Assembly: GCF_018977255.1 (NCBI RefSeq)
Contig: NW_024704742.1
Location: 127,040,001-127,104,000, forward strand
From: Callorhinchus milii
Taxonomy: Eukaryota
Reading direction: 5' to 3'
DNA: 64,000 nucleotides
Under the pieces are notes generated by a model. That model saw nothing but the letters and a program-made list of their open reading frames with translations. It was not told the origin of the DNA and made no database searches. Both the position numbers and the translations under genes were made by a program. Within the stretch, counting starts at the first letter, position 1, and the number at the start of each line of letters is the position of its first letter. Of this stretch, positions 53,481-64,000 are shown one piece after another.

Positions 53481-53997
53481 GACGCAGCGGGTATTGTTTT
53501 GTCTGTCAGCTCTTTCCCCGCTGAAGGAATTCAGCAACTTGTTTTTGAGGCAAGAAATTAAGTCTTCTCCCACTGGTAATAATACTAATAAAAGATCTTT
53601 CTCATCTGTGGTGGGTATTTTTTATTAGTATTATTATTTTAATTGTATATCACGAGGGGTTAGTTGCCAGTACTTTGATTTGTCTCACTTATAAGGTGTA
53701 AAGGTGATGGTTTATGAGGTGGTTGGTTGGTGTTGCGCGCGTGTGTGTGTGTGTGTGTGAGAAGGAGGGAATAAAGACATGTATAGACATTTATAAGACA
53801 CTGACATACTGGGATCATCTTCACAGGCTTCCTGGGAATGTGCAGAGGTTCGTGTGTCAGGGAAAGGGTTCATCTGTCAGACTTGTGTGTCAGCAGATAG
53901 CTGCATGAAAACCACTGTGGAGAACTTGTTAACATGAGCCGCAGATTGGAGCAGTTGTATCTAATGGTTGTAAGCTTAAAGTTTTAAATTGTGTTCA

Positions 53998-54120
53998 ATC
54001 GACTGCAGCATTCACCCCACAAAATACACAGTCAGTCCACTTTACAATATGTTCTGTGAAGCAATTTGAGATGACCAACAACGTGATAAGGCGCTTTATC
54101 AAATGCAAGGATTATTATTA
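53998..54120 (+). mobile_element. SINE tail fragment
   Basis: Family tail ending CAAATGCAAGGATTATTATTA. Confidence 0.78.
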
Positions 54121-55579
54121 CCATTGTACCCCATAGTGAATACTGACAAGTGCTTCTTGACATCATTTAAAAAAACACAAATTGACAACTACTGTTTAAC
54201 CCATTGGATGCTGGATTTTAACCTTATGAGGCCTAGCTCCAAAAGCACAGTCTAGTTTTTCTTTTCTAAAACACTAATACAATGTTACTAAATTAATTTA
54301 GAAATGAAAAGAAAGGCTGAATAAGTCTTTAATTTTATAACAAACTATATCGATATTCCTTTAGTTTCTATGAATTTGGATCAGTTTGAATCGATGCAAC
54401 AGTCAAACATTCTGTTCACTTTTTATTGAACTTTTGTTTGGGTGTTGGAAGGGGTGTAATTGATGTGTTGAGATGGTTTCTATATCCTGTCATTGTGTGT
54501 ATGTGGAGAGGGACTCTGGCCTTATGCATATGTACTACATCATTTTCTGAATCCTGCCAGAAGTTTTTTTTTAATGTTGTGACATTTACTATGCAGATGT
54601 CTGTTTTCTGTGGCAAAAGCCACCGAAAACAAAAAAAGGTACTGTTTCTTTTCATACTTGTTTGCCTGAGCATTAAAAGTGCTCCGAGATGCCAGCGCGT
54701 GAAGGGTGCTATATAAATGCAAGTTATTGTTGTATGATTGGGATAAGATTTAAATTTATTTGCGTATCCGGTATTCTGTTAAAGGTGAAACTTGCCCAGT
54801 TAATGTATATCGTACAACATTATCTGGCATTCGAGGGAGTCTGTCTGATCAGACAGTTAAATACACAATTTAAGGCATCCTTAATTTCTGGTAGTCATTG
54901 CTGTTGAGTGTTCTTTTAACACTGAACAAAATGTGATTCTGGAAGAATTGCAATTCTGCTGTTTCTAAGTGCTGGAAGAGCATTGCAGTATATCTTATGT
55001 CAGTTTGCATACCAGGCTATAGTTTCTCTATTATTAATGATTTTTATTGGATGTTAAAAGATGATTAGGTCAAATTTAATAAATGGGTGCTCTCTAAACA
55101 CTTCAGGTCAGGGCAGATCCGATGGTGTAGTGGATGGAGATGCATCTTTTGAATGTGTTAGTTCGATTTCTGGTTTGTGCAGATTTTGCTGGTCTCAGAT
55201 GGGACTGTGTGGGGAGGCTAAATTGGTTCTGGGGTCCCAGGGCTATGGAGGATACAGAGTTTCTGAAAGTATTTTTTGGAATGATTACTGTTAAGATTTG
55301 GGGACACAAATACAATATGCAAAAATTGTTCTCGGTGAACAAATTAAGGGTAGAAAAGTTTTTCCTTTGTCAGCCGTGTGCCTGACACGTGCGAAAACCA
55401 TCACCATGCTTAAGAGTATTGAAACCAAGTTGAGATTTTCATGCATCCCATCCACATGTTGAAATGCCAGAGATAGATTGTTGGAATGCAATGCACACTC
55501 CCCACCATGGAGGGACAAATCCTGCTCACCTCATTCCGGAAAGTATTAGGCCCAGGTTGGCAACAGCCAAGGCTTGGGT

Positions 55580-55903
55580 ACCCTGTAGCTCAGTGGTTAG
55601 AGCACTCGCTTTGCAAGCGAGAGACCTGAGTTCAATTCCAGGCAGAGGGCGAAACCTTGGGCAAGTTTCCTTACTCCACACAGAGCCTAATAATAATCCC
55701 TCCAAAACCCAAAACAATAATAAATTGGTCATTTTTAATCCACGACTGTTTGTGGGACATTGCTGTGCGCAATTGGCTGCCGCGTTCGCCCACAAATATA
55801 CAGTCAATTCACTTTACAGTATATTCTGTGAAGCGCTTTGGGACGTCCTCCCGACGTGAAAAGCGCTATATCAAATGCAAGGATTATTATTATTATTATT
55901 ATT
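55580..55903 (+). mobile_element. SINE, full length, short subfamily; tRNA-Ala-like head
   Basis: TAGCTCAGTGGTTAGAGC A box, CTCGC-TTTGCAA-GCGAG anticodon arm (TGC), GTTCAATTCC B box, (TTA)n tail. Confidence 0.92.
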
Positions 55904-57890
55904 ACCCCAGTATGTGTTGGGATACTGCTGAAGTCTCACCAGTTAAAGCCACATAGCTTGTCATTGATATCACTGTCTGGCTCGCTTTTCTGCTGCATGT
56001 CCAGTTAGGACCGTCCTACCTGTTAAGGGCTTTGGCTTGCAGGGTTAACGGGAGCGGGGTGAGATTACTCCCTGCCTCCAGTGACTGGTCTGACCTTCCA
56101 GGTCCTGCAGATGAGTCAGGCTGGCTGTGCTGTCATCAGCAGTGCCCTGAATACTGCGGTCCCGCCTGGCTCAGGAACCAGAGTATCGGGACCGCCACAC
56201 AGGGGTGGCTCGATTCCGACATTCCGTTGCCAAGCATGTCACCTGAAGAAAAGAGTTGCTTGTACAGGACTGGGAAATAAATACAAATTTTATTTAAAGA
56301 ATTAAACTTAAAGAACGTAATGTTTCAATTCAGGGAGGGAAAACATCTGTTGCAGTATCATAAGAATGGAAATATATAGGGATTAATGAGACTCTAATTG
56401 ACCCCCCAAATTTGCATATTATTTAAAACTACTCTAATCACTCCGACCTGAGTGTGAAATAAAAGTCCACTTGTATTTTGGATTATTTTTTTCCCCCATC
56501 CACTTAGTCTCCTGCCCCATGCTGGAAGCAGTCATTTTATGCCTAAATAGCCTAACTTTATATTGACACAAATGAACAAGATGACCTGAGAGTTTGTTTT
56601 CCCATTCCCAACAGAGTAAATGTAACAAGCAATTGGTTTACATTGCTGACTAGTTGGGGGAGGAGAGAGACATTTTTTCCTCATTTCAACTTCTGGTGTT
56701 TTTTGCCTTGGGAACATTGTAAAAGGTTGATTAGGTACAGTGAGTATCAATCGACTCAGGCCCCAGGATTAGGAGAACTCAGAAGGACCTGCTGGTGTCC
56801 TGAACATGAACTTCAAACCCGTTAAACGCCAGCCATTGTGCAAGTGCAAAGGCTTCTGCTTTTCATTTCCCACCCACCTCATCTCTTGATAGCAGTGATT
56901 CATGCTGAGCGTGTATCCAACAGTGCTGGATGTTTTCTGGTACCAACCCAAGAAACTATTTTCGTTTTGTGAGCCCAGCCTGGCTGTTGGATCAGGAAAG
57001 GAGGGGAGAATAAGAGCTCACTCTGATCTTGTCCTCATTCAGTGTTAACATGCCCAGACTTTCCAATAGGGGTCACTGGGTTTTCTTTTTCGGGCAGGGA
57101 CCCAAGCTGTTTTTCTCCTATTTTTTCCCCTCCTAATCCCAGAGACACTGAGGCCCAGTCTGATATCAGGTAATTGAATACAGATCAGCCATTGAAACAG
57201 ATTCCATACTAGGTGAAGAAAGTGTGAAGCATTCAGGGGTTTTAATTAAGTCTATGTACAGGACAGTGTTAAGGAATATGTTATTGGAATTTGTGGTGGT
57301 CCCATTCAATTTTCATGATTAATTTAACACCTATGGGCTAGCTTGTTGTTCTCCTCTTTAATATGTTCAGTTCCTCTACACTTTCATCCCTGGCCAAGGT
57401 AGTCTCCACCCAACCCCCTTTTCCCACTAGTTAAACTTGTTCTCATCCTCAAAAGAAACCTTTAACCTCCTTGTTGTTTTCAGTTGGTCTGATCTCACTT
57501 ACTCTCCTCCGGCCATATAGGCCAGTCACTTATTGTGAAGGGTCATATCAGAATAGGTATACATAAACATTAAAATAGCTTTCTTTTTCAGATGCTGATT
57601 GACCTGCTGTGCATTTTCTAATTTTATTTTGATGAGCAAGGCTTCTTCTGCATGAAATGTGACTCCATGAAAGACCTGTCATGAAATATCGCCCTCTTTT
57701 TGGCTCTAATTCCAAAGTGAACTTTTGCATTGTAAACGAGAAGGAATGGAGGTAGAATTGAGAGGAAATTCAATACCGTCATACTTCTTTACTGTTGATC
57801 TGAATTTCATGAGTCAGTTATACTTTAATGCTAGTTTTCATTCTCTAAATTCTCCTAGAGTCATTACAAACTCTATACATTTGTCCTCTT

Positions 57891-58243
57891 GAGTCTCTTA
57901 GCTTAGTGGTTAGCCGCTCGCTTTGCATGCAAGAGGACCTGGGTTCGATTCCAGGGTAGAGCGAAATCTTAGGCAAGTTCTCCACATGCCTCTGTTCACC
58001 TAGCAATAAGTAGGAACCCGGTTGGTAGTCGATTGGCAGTTCGCTTTCCTGAGGTAATAATCCCTCCAAAAAATATTTTAGTGACTCAATCCATGACTGT
58101 CTGGGACACTGCTGTGTGCAATTGGCTGCTGCATTTCCCCCACAAAATACACAATCAATCCACTTTACAACATATTCTGTGAAACGCTTTGAGATGTCTC
58201 AACAACGTGATAAAGCACTATATCAAATGCAACTATTATTATT
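57891..58243 (+). mobile_element. SINE, full length, long subfamily
   Basis: Head with CTTTGCATG, internal segment, tail. Confidence 0.88.
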
Positions 58244-58468
58244 ATGCACTTTATGGATTAAGGTACAGTGATTTACGTTGGTAATCTACATAGACAATCA
58301 CAGTAAAATGAGACATTTTGGAGGAAAGAAACTTTGACTATTATTTGTGAAGACATAAGGTCAGTTATGGTACTGAGGTAGTTGGGCCACATGGCTGTTC
58401 AGGTAAACTGTTTGAGAGTACTGTGCACTCGTGTTCCTTCTCTTTATATGCACAGCTTTTGCTAAGTG

Positions 58469-58830
58469 GAGTCCTGTAGCTTAGTGGTTAGAGCACTTGC
58501 CTCGCAAGCGAGAGACCTGGGTTCGATTCCCGGCAGGGCAAAACATTGGGCAAGTTTCCTTACTCCACATGCCTCTATTTACCCAGTAGTAAGTAGGAAC
58601 CCGGTTGTTAGTCGATTGGCGGATCACTTTTCTGGAGAAAATAATTCCTTCAAAAAAAAATTGGTCACTTCAATCCACGACTGTTTGTGGGACACTGCTG
58701 TGCACAATTGACCGCAATATTTCACCCACAAAATCTACAGTCAATTCACTTACAGTATATTCTGTGAAGTGCTTTGAGACATCTCAATGGTGTGATAAGG
58801 TGCTATATCAAATGCAAGGGTTTTTATTAT
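58469..58830 (+). mobile_element. SINE, full length, long subfamily
   Basis: GGAGTCCTGTAGCTTAGTGG head, GGTTCGATTCC B box, internal segment, tail. Confidence 0.9.
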
Positions 58831-59286
58831 ATATTAGTAAGTAAATATAGCGCAGTACATTTTTTTCATTGAGAAATGTAGATTAAGAGAGGACAAAGGA
58901 AAATTGCCCAGTATACCTTTGAAAGGGGATAAACACTATGTTGAGAAGTAGCAGACATTTGATTTCAAGCTTAGATTGAAAAATTATCTTGTCAATTGTA
59001 GGAGGAAGAAAAAGCTCAGGAAAGGGAATAAAGTTTTAAGATCCTAAGAGAACAGTGTTACACTGCAACGAGTCTCCATTTTGACAGAGTGCAAAGCAAG
59101 AGCATGTAGTACTGGAGTAAAGTTGTCAGAGGAGCGTTGACCTGCAATCTATAGTTAAATAGAATAGAAGCAAAGTTATCCTTTCCATGTCCTGTTGCAA
59201 TCTCTTTCACCAACATCCGGTTGCAGCTTATTTGAAGAGCTTTTTTTCATATTTTGCCCAGTCAAGCAAAGAGAGGCTACAAGGCT

Positions 59287-59484
59287 ACAAAACCAAAAAA
59301 AAAATAATAAATTGGTCATTTTCAATCTATGACTGTCTGTGGGACATTGCTGTGTGCAATTGGCTGCCACGTTTGCCCACAAATATACAGTCAGTTCACT
59401 TTACAGTGTGTTCTGTGAAGCGCTTTGGGACGTCCTCCCGACGTGAAAAGCGCTATATCAAATGCAAGGATTATTATTATTATT
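59287..59484 (+). mobile_element. SINE 3' part
   Basis: Near-identical to 7135-7329. Confidence 0.88.
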
Positions 59485-59869
59485 AAGAGGAGCCTATTAA
59501 ATCTGCCCCGAGACGGTTCCACCCCGCAGCCTTCTGCCTCCCTCCCAGCATCGTTGCTATGTTTCTCTCCTTTTTCCAGACGCTTAGACTCCTTGAGGAA
59601 TGGTGAAAAACTAGAGAAAATTGTAAATATAAAAGAGGTGAATTTGAGGTGGGGGGGCGCCCGGAGGGAGGGAAATCTTCCAGTTTGAAAAGGCAGTCAA
59701 GCCAAGCAAGTTCCAAGAGAGCGCAAGACCTCCCCTAACAAAGAACCAAATGCCCCTAATACCTTGCTGCATTATTGTTAGCACCCTGTGTGTAGCTGCC
59801 AATCTGATGTGTTGTTAACGGTCTGTCTCAACAGTAAGTCTTTTGCAAGTAGTTGCTATTTGGACGGAT

Positions 59870-60230
59870 TGAATCACACAACAGAAATCTCCACAATTCT
59901 TTGAGAGAAGTGCTTCCTCGGGTCCAGACAGAAGTGATGTTTCTCCATCTCTAGGGTGTGATCTCTAATTCTGGAACGTGTAGTGACTATGGACGTCCTT
60001 CTGTCTGTTATGTCAATTCCTTGCAGATTCTTGAAGATATCGTTGAGATTGCCCATCAGTCTCCTCTGCTCTAGCGTGAACTGGCCCAGTTCCTCAAGCC
60101 TTTCACTTTTGGTGCCCTCTAAGGGATGGAAATCAGTCTTGTGGCCCTCCTCCGCTTTTTTTTCCATTGCCTTCACGTACTACAACAGACGTGGCAACCA
60201 GAAGGAGACACCGGACTCAAGATGAGGATG
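59870..60230 (-). mobile_element. CR1 ORF2 C-terminal remnant
   Basis: ERLEELGQFTLEQRRLMGNL...FSQRIV. Confidence 0.8.
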
Positions 60231-61039
60231 CCTCAGAATAGGTTTTTAGGTTTTTTAATCAAAAAAACTTGATTAAATGAAGAATTAATACTACAGCCAT
60301 CAATGTTAGATTTTGAGGCATGAAGATAGTGTATGAAAACTGTCATTGAAGACGAGGTAAGACAACCAGATTTAGTGATTCCGCTGTGAGACTGCAAGAA
60401 TAGATGCATAGAATCTAGATGAAGCATTTGAGAAGCCAATAATTGCACTAGAATAACCAATTAAAACAAAAAAAATTCCCAGCAATAATGAATCCGAATG
60501 TGAACCAGACACCTCCAACTTGAAAATGAATCAAATTCTGGATTTTCAAGCAGTGAATGGTCAAAGTCACTGAGAACATTTGTGCCCAGTTACTTTTAAA
60601 TTGACCCTGGCTGATTCAACAAGTTCTTTAACTGGTTAAAGTGTGAATCATTCAATTTGTTACTGACTGAGCAATCTTTACAGAAGCAGTTCTCGGTCAC
60701 TTCCTCTAATATAGGTTACAGGCGTCAATCTGTCTTAATTGGTTACTCTTGCCTCTGAGTCAGAAGGTTGTGCGTTCAAGCCTCACGTTGGGACTTTGAG
60801 CTCACAGTCTCCAGGCTGACATAACAGTGCACTGTTGCAAGCACTGCATTGTCAAAGATGCTGTTCTTCAGGTGAGATGTTGATCTATGCATTTTAGTAG
60901 CTACAATTTGTACTTTTTTTTATCAGAACCATAAGATAACACAAAGGTGCTTTATGAAATAAAATTAGTCCTTTTGACACTCGTACTCCATTATTACTGT
61001 TGATTCCAAGCCTGTCTACTTTATTGCTTGTATTCTTGC

Positions 61040-61258
61040 AGATCGCTTTTTGGGAGTAATAATTCCTTCAAAAAATAATAATAATAATACTTCAATCCAC
61101 GGCTGTTTGTGGAACGCTGCTGTGTGCAATTGGCTGCTGCATTTCGCCCACAAATTATACAGTCAATTCACTTTACAGTGTATTCTGTGAAACGCTTTGA
61201 ATTGTTTCAAAGATGTAATAAGGCACTATATCAAATACAAGGATTATAATTATTATTA
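61040..61258 (+). mobile_element. SINE 3' part
   Basis: Family body and tail. Confidence 0.82.
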
Positions 61259-61432
61259 AAAACAATGTGGGATGCTGAGCGCCACGAAATCTCGCCCAAA
61301 ATTTAGGAGCTCTTTTGGGAAGCATTGAGCTCCTGGCAATAGCTATACATTCGGCCCTCTGTTGACTGGGATCGGTATTGCAGTACCTCTGAGCTAAGGA
61401 GTTTGATCTGTCTTCACAAAGGGGAAGCAGAG

Positions 61433-61572
61433 ATAATAATAATCCTTGCATTTAATGTAGCGCCTTATCATGTTGTTGAGATGTCTCAAAGCACTTCACA
61501 GAATACACGGTAAAGTGAATTCACTGTATATTTTGTGGGTGATAATGGAATGCAGAGCGCAATTGTGCACTT
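61433..61572 (-). mobile_element. SINE tail
   Basis: Reverse complement of family tail. Confidence 0.78.
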
Positions 61573-62357
61573 GGTCACTTGTCTGAGACTGGGCTTGTCC
61601 TGCCAGAGAGGCGATCCAATCACCTGACTTGCTCGGTTGATTGGATCGTGAACGCAGATATATGACAATTTGGGGCCAAAAAAGTTCAGGGGATAAGGGT
61701 TTGTTTGCGTGGACAACATTGTTCTCTCGTGGAACATGATTTGGTCTAATTCAATTAATGGAGGTGAGCAGGGCCTATTCTTGCTAATTACCAATATCTA
61801 TATAGAAAAATGCAGAAAACAATTGCCTTAAGAGCATCCAAACTAAATTACTGCATTCCACTACATTGTACTGTATATAAACTGTAGAAAATGGTCTGTT
61901 TTGGTGAATGAATGTGTGTTGATTTGTACATTGAATCCCCAATTTTTTTTAAAAGATCCTTTCCTCTGAATTGGACTAAAACCAGCTTTCTTTTCAAACT
62001 ACCTGCATCTCTTGCCTGCCACAGAGATTTGGAGGAACAAAGGGGTTAAATTCTTCAAGGCAGCTGCAATTCCTTTTGCAAAATCTTGAGCAGCAACTGG
62101 CAAACAGAATTCGAGTACACGTACTTCAATCCAGCTATACAAAGTATAAATATATTGTAAACTATAAATACATTGGAGAAAACATTTCTTTATCCATTTT
62201 TTTAACCAGTTCAGATAATCAGCACTAGGCAATTTTATAGATCATTGGGTCAACAAAATATTTCTAAACGAGAAATCTTTATCTGTAAGCTTATGGAGAG
62301 CTTTATTTATGTCTTGCCTATGAACAGATTGGCTTGTTTTGAATGAAGGAAACAGCT

Positions 62358-63535
62358 ACAATAACAACAACAACTTGCACTTATATAACACCCTCCACGC
62401 AGGGTAGCATCTCAGAGCGCTTAATAGTAGCGGAGCCTGATTCCGAACTGGGGGGAGTGGGGAGGTGACCGTAAGCACAGTCGAACAGGAAGGTTTTCAG
62501 GCGGGACTTGAAAGAGGGGAGAGAAGGGGGCAAGGCGGAGGGATTGAGGGAGAGTGTTCCAGAGTTTTGGGGCATAGTGGCTGAAAACACGACCTCCAAT
62601 GGTGGGGTGGAGGGTGCGAGGGATGAGCAGGAGGCCGGTGCCAGTCGAGCAGAGGCACCGGGTGGTGGTGGATTGGGGAGTAAGGAGGTCGGAGAGGTAG
62701 GGAGGTACCAGAAAGTGAAGGGATTTGAACATGAGAATAAGTATCTTGAAGTCAATCCTTTTGGTGATGGGGAGCCAGTGGAGCCTGGCCAGAACTGTGG
62801 GTACGGAGTTTGGTCCGGGTCAGTATGCGGGCGGAAGAGTTTTGAATGAGCTGAATCTTGTGAATGATGGAGCTGGGGAGACCGGCGAGAAGTGCGTTGG
62901 AGTAATCCAGGCGGGAGGTGACGAACGCATGCATGAGGGTTTTGGCTGCTTTTGGGGTAAGGTACGGTTGGAGACAGGCAATGTGGTGGAGATGGAAGCA
63001 GGCGGTCCTGGTCAGGGACCAGATGTGGGGGAGGAAGGGCAGTTGGGGGTCGAACCAGACGCCTAGTTTGCGCACTGGTTCGGTGAGTTTGAAGGAGACC
63101 CCAGGGAGGTTGAAGAGTTTAGCTCCGCAGGAGTGAAGACGTTGACAGGAGCCGAGGAGTATGGCCTCCGTCTTGTCCATATTCAGCTGCAGGAAGTTTA
63201 CGCTCATCCAGGCCTTGATGTCTGCCAGACAAGCTGATAGAACATTGGTGGACCTGGAGTTGGTACTGGAGGAGAAAAAGTAGATTTGTGTGTCATTCGC
63301 ATACATGGGGAAGTTTACCCCATGTCTGCGGATGACATTGTCCAGTGAGAGCATATAGATGAGAAAAAGAAGGGGGCAAAGGATGAAGCCTTGTGGTACC
63401 CCGCAGGTGACCGGGTGGGGGTGGAAGGAGAAACCATTTGCTGAGATGAAATGGAGGCGGCAGTTGGTTAAGTACAACAACAACAAAATTACATTTATAC
63501 AACGCCTTTGAAGTCGGGAGGACGTCCCAAAGAGC
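62358..63535 (-). mobile_element. L2 LINE, RT to 3' end, plus a second short L2 tail at ~63473-63535
   Basis: GVPQGFILCPLLFLIYM, MYANDTQIY, SRLDYSNALL, GGRVFSHYAPKLWNTLP. Confidence 0.92.
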
Positions 63536-63639
63536 TGACTCAAACTCAAGTAGGACTCAAACTATGTGAGTGTGGTCCCACTAAGGTCGATGAGGGAAGA
63601 GAGCCAATGGAGGAGGATGGTGTGATCCCATCCTCTGTG

Positions 63640-64000
63640 AAGTGGTAAGGTGGCAGAACAGGAAGATAAAGCTGTAAAAAGGACATATGGGATACTAGGC
63701 TTTATAAATAGAGGTATAGAGTACAAGAGTCAGGAGGTTATGATTAACCTGTATAAAACACTGGTTAGGCCTCAGGTAGAATACTGCGCCCAGTTCTGGG
63801 CACCACACTATAGGAAGGATGTTAAGGCATTGGAAAGGATGCAGAGGAGATTTACGAGGATGGTACCAGGAATGAGGGACCTTGATTATGAGGAAAGGCT
63901 AGAGAGGTTAGGATTATTCTCATTGGAGCAGAGAAGGTTACGAGGAGACCTAATAGAGGTCTTCAAAATCATGAGGGGATATGATAGGTTAGAAAAGGAA
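63640..64000 (+). mobile_element. CR1 ORF2 C-terminal fragment, runs off the window
   Basis: Translates to LYKTLVRPQVEYCAQFWAPHYRKDVKALERMQRRFTRMVPGM. Confidence 0.9.

Noticed and set aside
49412..53628. Long ORFs of up to 821 aa on both strands
   Set aside because: Translations of CA/GA repeats that lack stop codons by composition; no domain content.
55580..55650. tRNA-Ala gene (also at 57891, 58469, 32279)
   Set aside because: No proper acceptor stem or terminator; continues straight into SINE body.
59580..59637. Candidate plus-strand exon with a good pyrimidine tract and GAG|GTGAAT
   Set aside because: Joining to the 49309-49390 exon gives a stop after two codons; peptide unrecognised; could only be supported by transcripts.

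Overview
Vertebrate nuclear DNA, not prokaryotic. The repeat landscape (L2 and CR1 LINE fragments, tRNA-headed SINEs with L2-type tails, older Deu-domain SINEs) suggests a cartilaginous fish; this is an inference. The one recognisable coding sequence is the 22-nt first coding exon of unc13b (Munc13-2; MSLLCVR, phase-1 donor) on the minus strand at 26633-26654, inside a CpG-island promoter. Positions 1-26632 appear to be its long first intron; exon 2 was not found. A second CpG-island promoter at ~48.8-49.3 kb points the other way and has two plausible plus-strand exons; by human synteny it could be atosb/FAM214B (unproven). It is followed by a ~3.9-kb CA/GA compound satellite ending in a 22-copy 18-bp minisatellite. 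Most of the longer ORFs in the track are LINE remnants or low-complexity artefacts. Worth a second look: a uORF and a divergent splice donor at the unc13b promoter, an inverted repeat with a near-identical core at 30.5-31.0 kb, a four-copy unclassified repeat, two SINE subfamilies, nested insertions and short local duplications. I see no convincing evidence of a wholly new multi-gene system. Repeat boundaries are read by eye and are approximate.
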